A stretch of 37,611 bases of DNA from Chlorokybus atmophyticus (taxonomy: Eukaryota; Plantae; Mesostigma and Chlorokybus algae), in the NCBI GenBank assembly GCA_009103225.1, contig RHPI01001056.1:122701-160311 (forward strand), given 5' to 3'. How positions within the stretch are numbered: position 1 is the stretch's first letter; each line of letters begins with the position of its first letter. The translations under genes were made by a program, and so were the position numbers. The notes below the pieces were generated by a model that was not told the origin of the DNA, did no database searches, and worked only from the letters and a program-made list of their open reading frames with translations. Of the stretch, positions 23,637-34,867 are shown piece after piece.

Positions 23637-23936
23637 ACACTGTCCAGTGCCTATAAGTCTCTAAGTCATCACAATAGACTGCATAACTCGTAAACACTGC
23701 CCAATGCCTATGAGTCTTTGGGGCACAGCAATGGACTCCATAACTCGTAGACAATATCTAGTGGCTATGACTTGTTAGGTCAGCTAGCAATGGAATAACT
23801 CGTAGACTGAGTCCAGTGCCTATATGGTTTAGGAAAGCAAAGGATTGCATACGTCGTAAACATTGTTCAGTGCTTATGAGACTTTAAGTTGTAGCAATGG
23901 ATTGCATAACCATAGACACTGAACAGTGCCTATGAG
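23637..23936. repeat. Diverged minisatellite of six ~54-57-bp units
   Basis: ACACTG...CAGTGCCTATGAG...GCAATGGA...CATAACTCGTA units start at about 23637, 23694, 23751, 23806, 23860 and 23916. Confidence 0.85.
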
Positions 23937-23959
23937 ACGCAGCTTGTTCAACATATCGC

Positions 23960-25450
23960 TGATTACTCTTGCTTGGTAGAGCACATCCGGGCATATATTT
24001 CATACGACGCCAGTGGACTTATTGAAGGGGCGTTCCAGAAGGACGAAGAGAACGCCAAGGAAGGACCTCGGAGCAGCGGGTCCAGCTTCGTGCACATGCT
24101 TGAGAAGCACAGCAAACTGCCAAACACGACACAGCTGCTCGCCGCCAAATTTCATGGTGGGGCAGAGTTTTGACCGCTGCTGATTTCAACCCTGCGCAGA
24201 CAGTTGTTCCGTGGTGCCCCTTAAGGGACGGCCCCCTTCCAAACGACGTGATGCGGGCTACATGGCTTAAAGGTGCGGACTGTGTGCACACACTCGTATC
24301 GATGTAATTGTCGCAGCTGCACGGGCAGTTCATAAAGCTGAATTTTTTAGCTGTTTTGTTGTCTAACACCCTTCCTGTGCATGAGGTGCAGACATGTAGA
24401 TGATTACAACCATGTTAATGTTTTTGACAACGATATGCAAGCCTCAAGTCGTGAAGGCCTATGTGTGCGCATGGCCATTGCCACCATCTTTGAGGTTGCC
24501 GAGGTCGATGAGCCCTGCCGCATCTACAGCGTCCAAACTAACAATTGGTTACCAGTGTTTTGCGTGGAGGACAACAGCGTGCGACCCTTCATACCAATGA
24601 GGTCGCAGAGGCTAATGCATGAAAGTCACCAGGGCACTACACGCATGCCAAGCTGGAGGTATGTTTGTTTGCAACGTTATGCCTTTGTTACGTCATGTCA
24701 CCAATTGCAAGTCGAGCGCCGGATGTGGTTGGTTGCCATGTCCATGAGTGAAACCGCCTATAACACTTGCAACCCAATGGATTGCCTGTGTAGAGCGTGA
24801 CCATTGAGTGGCCATTCATGTTCATGAGCAAAACCGGCAACTTCATCTGCGAAAACGATGAATGCAGCTTTAACAAGCACGTCCGGATGGGGGAATGCTA
24901 GGCGAATATATTGAATAAACGCGGCCGGTATGCGCAGCTAAAGGAAGGAGATCAGGTGGGTTAGTTGCATGCCACCTATATGCAGGTGATCTCTTGTTTC
25001 AACCGCTGCTTATATGCCGCTGGTTGAATGCTGCTGGTGTGCAGTAGCAAGGATCTGATGACATCCGGATTCAAGATTATGATGAGGAGCTGGAGCACCT
25101 GGCGGCTGTGTGCTGTGGCACCGAGCAGCCACCAACCAGAGCACAGGTTGGCCACCAGTGGGAACTATGGTGGAAGAAGGAGGTGCAGCTGTTGACGCGC
25201 GTGGCACCCCTTCCCTTTGGTGACCATGTCCAAATGGGAAGCATCACAACCCTCCGCATCATGCAAGCGGTTGTGCATTTTGCCATGAAGAAATAGATGG
25301 GGGCAGACGCTACGCAAGACGGGCTTTTGGGTGGATACACAAAAGAAAAAAGCCAGGTCCAAGTTGAGCTCGTAGGCCGCTCGTTGGCCATTTGTACATA
25401 GGCAGCTGTGATCAGTGCAAGTTGTCACACTGCAGTCTCTAGGATATGCT
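23960..25450 (+). pseudogene. Possible decayed multi-exon coding remnant, function unknown
   Basis: Several protein-like stretches broken by stops and frameshifts (EHIRAYISYDASGLIEGAFQKDEE..., WPFMFMSKTGNFICENDEC..., QGSDDIRIQDYDEELEHL...). No motif recognised. Confidence 0.25.
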
Positions 25451-26141
25451 CGCAGGCTGCTCCCATGTAAGCTAATATTGCCAGTGTGAGCAATCCGGCC
25501 ATGTGATCGTGCACTAACCATGCATTGTAAATGCAGGCATTTCGGATGAAAGTGAAACGCTTGAGCCCAAGAGGTTACGCTTTGTGGGGCACTGGGAGCC
25601 AGTCGAGGCGGAAACCTTGCAAGACTGATGGGTATCCCAGAGGGATTTTTACAATGTTGCCAGTGTTGAGAATGCACATTGTGTTCTCACTTGATGTGTT
25701 GCTCATACAAAGTGCGCAGGGTCTACGACAACAATAGAAGTTGGCGCACACGGCGTGCACTTGTCCATTTTACAAGCGGTCTACATTTGCTCAAGGTTGT
25801 GCAAACAGAGGGAACACGTGCGTGCAGCGACTAGAGATGGTGTGCACAGCATGCGCTTAATTTGGTCATAGGCGGTATGAGCGCTGGAGATAGGTATTAG
25901 AAGGCTGCTATAGCATAGCTGTTTGACAAGCTGCATCCTGTTGACAATGGTCTGGCTGATAGCTAGACATGTACCATCCATCTAATACAAATGGTTATTA
26001 TAAATTGTGTGATGCTGGTGCATGAGTCATAGACCAGCATTTGTGCAGGCTGCTAGCGGGTGTCGTGCACCAATGCTGATCTTATTAGCAAGCATGGCAA
26101 GTGCCGTAAAATTTGGTTGATACGCTGCAATTGCTCGCTGT

Positions 26142-26470
26142 GGACCAGCCATGGTCCCACGAGTCTGGACCATGCATGGTTCTACAATGCGAACCAAGGC
26201 AGGTCCGACTACTCGGGACCAGTATTGGTGATTTTTTGGGAAGAGGACCACCCTTGGTCCATGCAGCAGAACGAATGAGAGACCGACAGTGGTCATAAGC
26301 GGAAGTGATGACAAAGCAGCCACGGCTGGTCCTGGTCCCGGGACCAAGTGTGACAAACCCGCATTTCTGAACTAGGTTTGGTCCCCGTGCTCGGACTAAG
26401 GCAAGCGACTCTGGTCCGGGCCCCAAGCCGCCCTGGCGTTTAGCCCTGGTCTGTACGTGCGGACTAGGGC
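26142..26470. repeat. Array of short palindromic GGACC/GGTCC motifs
   Basis: Six G(G/A)ACC-N6-GGT(C/T/G)N-type units start at 26142, 26167, 26191, 26216, 26245 and 26280. They are followed by TGGTCC...GGAC units, including the perfect palindrome TGGTCCCGGGACCA. Confidence 0.8.
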
Positions 26471-27815
26471 TGATCCATGGAAAATACTCCCTGTGAGGGT
26501 AGCAACGCAGCACGAGCTCGACTGGTGACTTGGCTGGTCAACGGCAGATGGGATGCCTCACAAGCCAAGGATTCTAAGGGTCCCCACCATCACCCACCAT
26601 ATGAGAGCACGGCTTCTGCGAGCAGTGTATCTGCAGCCTATGCCCAACACCATTGCTAGGGAGACGTGGTCAACCATCCCACGGCCACATGGGAAGATAC
26701 GCTGATTAGGGAGGCAGCTCATGCTGTTTGCTGGACCTATGTGGTAGAACAGGCTGCACGGGAGGTGGGTCCACACACAAACAATCCTTCAAGGTTTCCC
26801 CCACAGCCACTGGCCATTTCACCATACATGATCCCTGCCGCACAGAGGAGTAATACCCCTGCGCCGCAGCCAGGACAGCCACATGCAGCACCGGCAGGAC
26901 CTATGCCACAGCGAGTATACCAGCAGCCAAGACAAGGACAGTTCGGGCCAGGCCGCGGACAAGGAGGCACTTAAGACTCCGCCGGCAGAGGGCCGCTTGC
27001 CGCGCTACGCTCGACACCGGCATATGAGGCTGCGCGAGCAGCCCCGCCCTGCCAGCGATCTCGATGCTTTAACCGGCTGCGCATCAACGCCAACGCAGCC
27101 ATGATTGCCATTGAGGGCAAGCACGTGTCGGTCAATGGGCAAGCACCCAAGCGCGTGATGCTGGTTTTTAGAGCTCAGCCTGTTATCATCGGGCGCTACC
27201 TGGCACGAGATCTTTGCATCATCAGCACCAAGTGTTGCCTTGTCCCTGCAGACTTGACACTGCAACCGGCAGCCGAGATAAAGTGCTGGGCATCACCAAG
27301 CAGGCTCTGTGCATCTGTTTAGCAGGCCTGGACCCTTCCCACAGCGCCGAGAATGTATAGCGGTGTGTGGTCACTGATGCCGGATTCTTTAACCTGCTGC
27401 TAGGACAGGACTTCAATCTCCCTGTCGGCATGGGAACGGACTGCTGGACATAGCAAGCATGGTTGCGGCCGCATTAAGATGAGAATGATGGAGAAGTACA
27501 GGGCTTCCTGCATCTTTAGCTGGTGTCCCGCACTCGCTGGCACGGATGGTCGGCTGCGGTGGCCACCTACAACCCCGACAGGGTCTCTCCCATTCCGTAC
27601 ACTAAGTCATAGGAGGATGCTACTGAGGAAGTGGCCCTGTAGAAGCCAGCTGAACGCCGGTGGCGCGCACAAGTAGCTGCACATCTGCTACTGACCAATC
27701 TCTGGCTCGCTGCACGCTTCCCTCTCACTACAAAGATTAAGCGGTAGTCCAGGAGCAATACTAGGTGGCCACTGGAGTAGTGGAGAGAGAGTTTCACATG
27801 TTTCGCCGACAACAA

Positions 27816-28560
<745 letters not shown>

Positions 28561-29674
28561 GGAGGAGCAGGCAGCAGTCACGGTGGAGGATAACCCGGTG
28601 GTTGCCAACACTCCAGGTCTTATGCCATTGGATCGCTGGCCACAAGCTAAACACGAGAGCAACTTGGGGCTCTCTGCAACAAGTGGAGCCAATTCTGCGT
28701 GAAGGAGCTAGACATTGGCGCAGTTCATCAAATGGACATCGAGTTGGTGGACACTAAACCGGTGTTCCGACGACAGTACAGCTTATCCACGGCCTGATCG
28801 AGGTGTCCACATCCGACTTTGCGACTGCGACCGTCATGCCCCTAAAGGAAGATTCATAAAGCAACTGGATAGACCGGCGCATGTGCGGAGACTATCGCCC
28901 CCTCAATAACAGGACAAAGCAAGACATGTATCCAATGATCATTGCAGAAGGCATGTTTAATGATGCAGGAGACTACACAGTTTGCAGTATCTTGGACATG
29001 CCAACGGTACAATCAGATCGCCATCAATGAGGAGGACAAGACCTCCTTCTGGGGCAACCGGTAGCTGTACCAGTGGAAGGTCATGCCCTTCGGGCTAAAG
29101 AATGCCCCTGCCAAGTTTCAGCGCGTCATAGACAAAGCCCTAAAGGGGTTGGACTTAGCACACTGCTATATCGACAACATCCTCATCTTTAATTGTAGCA
29201 ATGAGGAGCATCTCAGGCACATCGAGGAGGTACTACGTAGGCTGAAGGAAGTAGAGATGACGGTGCACCCCGACGAGTGCACCTTCTTCGCTCGCGAAGT
29301 ACCCTACTTAGGGCACATGAGTGTGCCCCATGGTGTGTATGTACAACAGGTCAAGTGGAGGCACTGGTGGCTATCCCTGCCCCCACAAATTTCACGCAAT
29401 TGCATGCTTTCCTCGGCTTTGCCACCTACTACCGATGGTACGTCAAGGATTTCACGAAGATCGCGCGGCCACTCAACGAGCTGCTGAAGAAGGACACGGA
29501 GTTTTGGTGGACGGAGGTGCAGCAAGAGGCCTTCAAGAAGTTAAAGCTTTGACTCACCACAGCTCCCATTCTCCAGCATTCTGGCTACAACAACCCCTTC
29601 ATCTTGCACACAGATTGGAGCAAGCTGGGCATGGGAGCAGTGCTCGTGCAGCACGACGACAAAACAAAGCGTGT

Positions 29675-30104
29675 TGTTAAAGATATTCCTGCACTCAGGT
29701 CAGCCGGTCAGCTTGCCCTCTGCATAGGAACAGCCGCTAGAAGGTTCAAGGCAACTCAAGTTGAGAGGTCCAGGCGCGAGAAGGTTTTAGGCGCGTCGGT
29801 GAGTTCCGAGTCTGGAGACTTCCAGGCGCTATAGTAGAACAATTGTATCTCGATGGTTAATTGATTAATTGGCGTGTGCCATAGCTTGTTGGAAAGCTCT
29901 TGAAGCCAGCTACGTGGAGCAATTTAGAGTGAAGGTTATGATTGAGTGTGCTAGATGCAGTAGCTTCTTAAGTAGAAGCATGTGTAGCTGGCGAGTATAA
30001 AACCCGTGGACATGATGGCAACAAATGGTCTTATATGGTCTCTTGACGCTGGTGTTGTGGCAAGCACTTGTGCATGTGTATGCTTGTTATCATCCATCTC
30101 AACA
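29675..30104 (+). mobile_element. Copia-type solo LTR (430 bp) inserted in the gypsy RNase H
   Basis: TGTTAAAG...TCAACA with flanks CGTGT/CGCGT (5-bp TSD with one C-to-T). Removal restores DDKTK-RVVSYA. It shares motif blocks with the other LTRs in the window. Confidence 0.9.
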
Positions 30105-30662
30105 CGCGTGGTGTCGTATGCCAGCAACAGTAGTGCTGAGGCCAACTACAGCAGCCACGAGGGGGAGTATCTCGCCGCAGTGTGGGCCATCTCCTTCTTC
30201 CGCCCCTTCCTGATCGGACGGCCGTTTCAGCTGATTACCGACCATCAGCCACTGAAGTGGCTGATTGTTGAAGATATTCCTACATCCGGTCAGCCTGCCC
30301 TGCATACAAGAGAGAAGAGAAGGGACCTCGATGGGAGGACCTCGAAGACTCCGGACATGAAGGTCCTGGCGCGGACTGCAGAGAAGGGTCCTAGGAGAAT
30401 CGTCATATCTCCTAGGATACTCAGTCTTATAGGACGTGGCATAGCTTGTTACAAAGCTTATCAAGTTAGCTACGTGGCACATCTTACAGCGTATGGTTCA
30501 GTATATCGGACGCTGTTGCATGTAGACCAGCAGTGTGTACAAACTGTGTACTGACTGGCGGGTATATAACCCCGCGGTCTGTTGGTAATAAATTGGGAAG
30601 TGTGTTGCCTTCTCCTGTGTGTCATTGCTTGCCCTCTTTACTTGCATGCTTGCTTCTCAACA

Positions 30663-30676
30663 GGTTATGGGCCCAC
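30663..30676 (+). promoter_or_regulatory. Primer-binding site GGTTATGGGCCCAC, complementary to the anticodon region of initiator tRNA-Met (half-tRNA priming)
   Basis: It abuts the 5' LTR end and is the reverse complement of GUGGGCCCAUAACC of plant tRNA-iMet. The same site lies at 10215. Confidence 0.9.
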
Positions 30677-30985
30677 ACTACGCGTGAAGAGTGTAAGAAA
30701 GAGAAAGAAAGCGAAGTGAAGAAAAGTGACAAAGTGCATTGAAGTGAAGATCGAAGTCACTCAAGACTGAAGAGTGAAAAGAAGACCGAAGTCACTCAAG
30801 ACTGAAGGCGCTGAAGAGTGAAGTGAAGACCGAAGACATTCAAGACCGAAGTCATTGAAGTCACTCAAGAGTGAAGTGTTGATTAAAGTTACTGAAGTCA
30901 ACAAAGTCCCTCAAGTCACAACACGTGAAGATTATCAAAGCAAGTCTCAAGTGCTAACTGCAAGAAGAAAGCAGGCGCGGCAAAG

Positions 30986-33900
30986 ATGGAGGCAAGCTAC
31001 GATAAGGGGCTGATCACAAAGTTGGACACAAACAACTACAGCACTTGGTGCGTAGAGATGAAGGCACTACTGATCCACAAGAAGATGTGGAAGTATGTTG
31101 ATCCGAAGACATCTGCACCAAGAGCAGGAGAAGAAAGCGTTTGGCTTGAACATTCAGTTGAAGCACACTCACTAATGGTGCTTAACTGCAAGCCACATCA
31201 CTTTCCCATGCTCACAGCATGTGAAGATGGCAGACAAGCTTGGGAGAAGCTTGCAGCCGTATTTCAAGCCAAGAACAATGCCAGAAAGATACAATTACGC
31301 AAGCAGCTACGCGCGCTTCATAAAGAGACGGCCGAGCCGGTCACAAAGTATGTTGCACGTGCGAGAGAGCTGTGGGCGGACCTCATCAACGTCGGCCACA
31401 AGATGGAAGAGACGGAGGTCGTATTGGCGATTGTTGCAGGACTGCCATTAGAGTACGAAGTTGTCGCTACTCTGCTCGAGACATCGTCATCGGAGCTAAC
31501 CCTAGACGATGTGCTACCCAAGTTGCTCACTGTGGAGCAACGCGTCTTAAAGAAGGAAGAGCAAGCGGACTCTGTGGCCTTCTACACACGAGACAAATAC
31601 AAGAAATTAAGCAACTATGAAGACAAGAACAAGGCGAAAGGCAGCAACTCAAAGTTCAAGAATCTCACATGCCACTATTGTGGTATTAAAGGACATATCT
31701 CAAAGGATTGTCGTAAGCGCCAACGAGAGCAATCTGAAGCAGGCACCAGTAGCAACGCTCAACGCAAAGAAAAGGGTGTTGCATTTACTGCCTCAAGGAA
31801 GTTTGATACAACTTCATGGGCAATTGACTCAGGCTGTGACCAGCATCTCACACCGCACAAGGAGGTGATGGAGAACTACAGGAAGATGTCAACCACAAGG
31901 AAGGTGGAAGGCTTTAGTGGTCACGAGTTGGAAGCAATAGGAGTTGGTGAAGTGAGGCTTCAATGCAAAATTGGTGATGGTGAGAGAGAGGTGGTACTGC
32001 GTGAAGTATTGCACGTACCTGGAGCTGCTGCAAGCTTGTTTTCTGTGAGAGTTGCTGAGCGCGTGGGAGCTGAGATAGTGATCCGGGAGGGACGCTGCTC
32101 CGTACGCATGGATGGGGTCGAGTACATGGTCGGCACCCAACGAGGAGGGCTCTACATTGTGGAGCAGACTCATGGCAGCAAGGCCATGATTGTGAAGGAG
32201 AAGGAGACGGCTGAGCTTTGGCATCGAAGGTTCGGGCATTTGGGCTACAGCAACCTCACACGCCTGGTCGCTGAAAACATGGTGAAGGGCATTACTGGGA
32301 GCAAGGAAGATTTTCAAGCGTCTTCAACTACACTCTGTGAACCCTGTGTGTTGGCCAAGCAGCATCGCATGCCGTTCTCATCATCTTCTTCAAGTAGCAA
32401 ACATCCCTGCGAGCTTGTGCACATGGACGTTTGCGGGCCTATGCGCATTGTGGCGAAAGGAGGGGTAAGGTACTTTGCAACATTCCTCGACGACTACAGC
32501 AAGCTTTCCATTGTCTTCCCTTTGATCCAAAAGTCAGAAGTCGCTGGAGCTGTGCGTACAGTCATTGCATTGCTTGAGATTCAATCGGGCAAGAAGATGA
32601 AAGCAATGAGAAGTGATCGAGGAGGGGAGTACATCAACGCCCAGCTCAAAGAGTTCTTCGCCAGCAAAGGCATACGGCATGAGACAACAGCACCATACAC
32701 TCCGCAGCAGAATGGAGCAGCTGAACGTCTCAACCGAACGTTGTTGGAGCGTGTTCGAGCCATGCTCAATGACACCAAGTTGGAGGACAGTCTGTGGAAA
32801 GAGGCCGTTCTCACTGCCAACTACATCCGCAACCGTTCACCAATAAGCTCTGAGCAAAAGACTCCGTGGGAGCTCTTTTACGGTGAAGCGCCAGATGTGA
32901 GTGGCATGCGCGTGTTCGGATGTGTGGCATATGCACTTGTGCCAAGTCAATTGCGACACAAGTTGGAGCCGGTCAGCAAGAAGGGCATCTTCGTTGGCTA
33001 CGAACCAGGCTCAAAGGCGTACAAGGTCCTACTGGAGAACACACGCAAGATTGTGGTGAGCAGAGAAGTCGTGTTCCACGAAGGCTCATCGCAAGTTGAA
33101 GCTGAAGAAGGTTTCTACCCTCAAGATGAAGATGACAAAGCACAACCTGAAGAGCTTTCAAGCAGAGAAGAGGTTGAAGGCGAGGCATCAGTTATCAATA
33201 AAGAGCAGGGCTCATCTGTAGCAGGCGAGAAGCAGAAGCAGCAGGAGCAAGCTCGACGCTACCCAGTGAGGGAAACACAAGCACCTGACTTCTACAAGGC
33301 ACACATCGCTAGTGTGCACAATGACGAGAGTGAAGAACCGAGCACCTACGAGGAGGCATTGCGAGCACCAGATGCAGAACAGTGGCAGCGAGCTATGGAT
33401 GATGAGATTGCATCACTCCATGCCAACAACACATGGGTGTTGGAGAAGCCCCCGCAAGGTGTGAAGCCCATTCCGGTCAAGTGGGTGTTCAAGGTGAAGC
33501 GTGATGGTCAAGGCAACATCGAGCGCTACAAGGCAAGGTTGGTGGCAAAGGGATTTTTGCAACAAGAAGGTGTGGATTTCAATGAAGTGTTTGCACCTGC
33601 AAGTAAGCATGCAACCTTCCGCACATTGATCGCCATGGTTGCTGCTGAAGACCTCGAGTGTCACCACGTTGATGTGAAGACTGCTTTCCTTTACGGAGAG
33701 CTGGAGGAAGAGATCTACACCAAGCAACCACCAAGCTACGCAGAAGGGGAGCCAGGCATGGCTTGCAAGTTGATCAAGGCTTTGTATGGGCTGCGACAAG
33801 CACCACGTGTGTGGCACATTCGCCTCACGAAAGAGTTGGAAAAACTCGGCTACAAAGCATCCTCAGCGGCTCCGGGGCTCTTCATCCATGTAGAAAAGAA

Positions 33901-34867
33901 GGTTTACTTGCTCGTGTATGTGGACGACATCATCGTCACGGCCAAGCGAGTTGAAGATCTAAAGGAGACAAAGAACGGACTACAGCAAGCATTCGCAGTG
34001 CGCGACCTTGGAAAGGTTAAGTTATTTCTTGGCATGGTGATAGAGCGTGACAGAGCAGCACGCACAATCAAGATCAGCCAAGAGCAGATGGTGAAGCAAC
34101 TTGTCACCAAGTTCGGACTCAACGAAGCAAAGACCAAGTCTACTCCATTGGCACTCGGCACCAACCTCGTCAAAGCGAAAGATGAGGAAGTACTCGACAA
34201 GGCTCAGTATCCCTATGATGAGCTTGTTGGGAGTATGCTCTACCTAGCAGTGTGCACAAGACCCGACATCGCACATGCAGTTGGAGTGCTTGCGCACTAC
34301 ATGTCTGCACCAAGCATAGAGCACTGGCGTGCAGCGAAGGGAGTATTGCGCTACGTGGCTGGAAGCACAAGTGTTGGCATCAAGTTTGGTTGCGGAAGCA
34401 CAGAGATGGAGGGCTATTGCGACGCAGACTTTGCAGGTGACCTCGATAGCAGGAGGTCCACCACGGCGTACGTCTTCAAGTTGAATGGAGGCGTGGTGAG
34501 CTGGAACAGTAGGCTGCAACCCACAACAGCTGCATCTACTTCGGAAGCGGAGTACATGGCAGCATCGGCTGCAGTGAAGGAGGCGTTATGGCTTCGCAAG
34601 CTGATGGCAAATCTGGAGCACCCGATGGCGTGTATCACGATCAACTGCGACAACCAAGGCGCCATCAAGTTGCTGAAGCACCCCATTGCCTCGACAAGGA
34701 CAAAGCACATTGATGTCATGCATCACTTTGTGCGAGACAGAGTCACACGCAAGGAGGTTGAGTTCCAATATTGCAATACGGAAGACATGCTCGCGAACTT
34801 CATGACGAAGCCACTGTCACCGCTGAAGTTCAAGGCATGTTGCAAGGGACTCGGCATATGTGCTTAG
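30986..34867 (+). CDS. Copia Gag-Pol polyprotein, 1293 aa (Gag, CCHC, protease, integrase, RT, RNase H)
   Basis: CHYCGIKGHISKDC, DSG protease, WHRRFGHL and CEPC, HMDVCG / SDRGGEY / AAERLN (DDE), KGIFVGY, KARLVAKG, DVKTAFL, LYGLRQAP, YVDD, YCDADFAGD, EAEY, DNQGAI, KHID. No stops or frameshifts. Confidence 0.97.
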   Translation: MEASYDKGLITKLDTNNYSTWCVEMKALLIHKKMWKYVDPKTSAPRAGEESVWLEHSVEAHSLMVLNCKPHHFPMLTACEDGRQAWEKLAAVFQAKNNARKIQLRKQLRALHKETAEPVTKYVARARELWADLINVGHKMEETEVVLAIVAGLPLEYEVVATLLETSSSELTLDDVLPKLLTVEQRVLKKEEQADSVAFYTRDKYKKLSNYEDKNKAKGSNSKFKNLTCHYCGIKGHISKDCRKRQREQSEAGTSSNAQRKEKGVAFTASRKFDTTSWAIDSGCDQHLTPHKEVMENYRKMSTTRKVEGFSGHELEAIGVGEVRLQCKIGDGEREVVLREVLHVPGAAASLFSVRVAERVGAEIVIREGRCSVRMDGVEYMVGTQRGGLYIVEQTHGSKAMIVKEKETAELWHRRFGHLGYSNLTRLVAENMVKGITGSKEDFQASSTTLCEPCVLAKQHRMPFSSSSSSSKHPCELVHMDVCGPMRIVAKGGVRYFATFLDDYSKLSIVFPLIQKSEVAGAVRTVIALLEIQSGKKMKAMRSDRGGEYINAQLKEFFASKGIRHETTAPYTPQQNGAAERLNRTLLERVRAMLNDTKLEDSLWKEAVLTANYIRNRSPISSEQKTPWELFYGEAPDVSGMRVFGCVAYALVPSQLRHKLEPVSKKGIFVGYEPGSKAYKVLLENTRKIVVSREVVFHEGSSQVEAEEGFYPQDEDDKAQPEELSSREEVEGEASVINKEQGSSVAGEKQKQQEQARRYPVRETQAPDFYKAHIASVHNDESEEPSTYEEALRAPDAEQWQRAMDDEIASLHANNTWVLEKPPQGVKPIPVKWVFKVKRDGQGNIERYKARLVAKGFLQQEGVDFNEVFAPASKHATFRTLIAMVAAEDLECHHVDVKTAFLYGELEEEIYTKQPPSYAEGEPGMACKLIKALYGLRQAPRVWHIRLTKELEKLGYKASSAAPGLFIHVEKKVYLLVYVDDIIVTAKRVEDLKETKNGLQQAFAVRDLGKVKLFLGMVIERDRAARTIKISQEQMVKQLVTKFGLNEAKTKSTPLALGTNLVKAKDEEVLDKAQYPYDELVGSMLYLAVCTRPDIAHAVGVLAHYMSAPSIEHWRAAKGVLRYVAGSTSVGIKFGCGSTEMEGYCDADFAGDLDSRRSTTAYVFKLNGGVVSWNSRLQPTTAASTSEAEYMAASAAVKEALWLRKLMANLEHPMACITINCDNQGAIKLLKHPIASTRTKHIDVMHHFVRDRVTRKEVEFQYCNTEDMLANFMTKPLSPLKFKACCKGLGICA

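Noticed and set aside
23637-23936. CRISPR-like array
   Set aside because: Units diverge along their whole length with no constant repeat and unique spacer pattern, and the context is eukaryotic with no cas genes.
24180-24370. Ulp1/C48 protease remnant (ATWLKG...)
   Set aside because: The resemblance is only superficial and no catalytic His/Asp/Cys motifs were found.
7430-26140. Terminal inverted repeats delimiting a DNA transposon around the SET pseudogene
   Set aside because: No matching inverted ends or TSD could be found by eye. This needs a self-dotplot.
25700-26476. 5' LTR and PBS of the gypsy element
   Set aside because: No convincing TG...CA unit followed by a tRNA-complementary site, and the 3' LTR needed for comparison lies outside the window.
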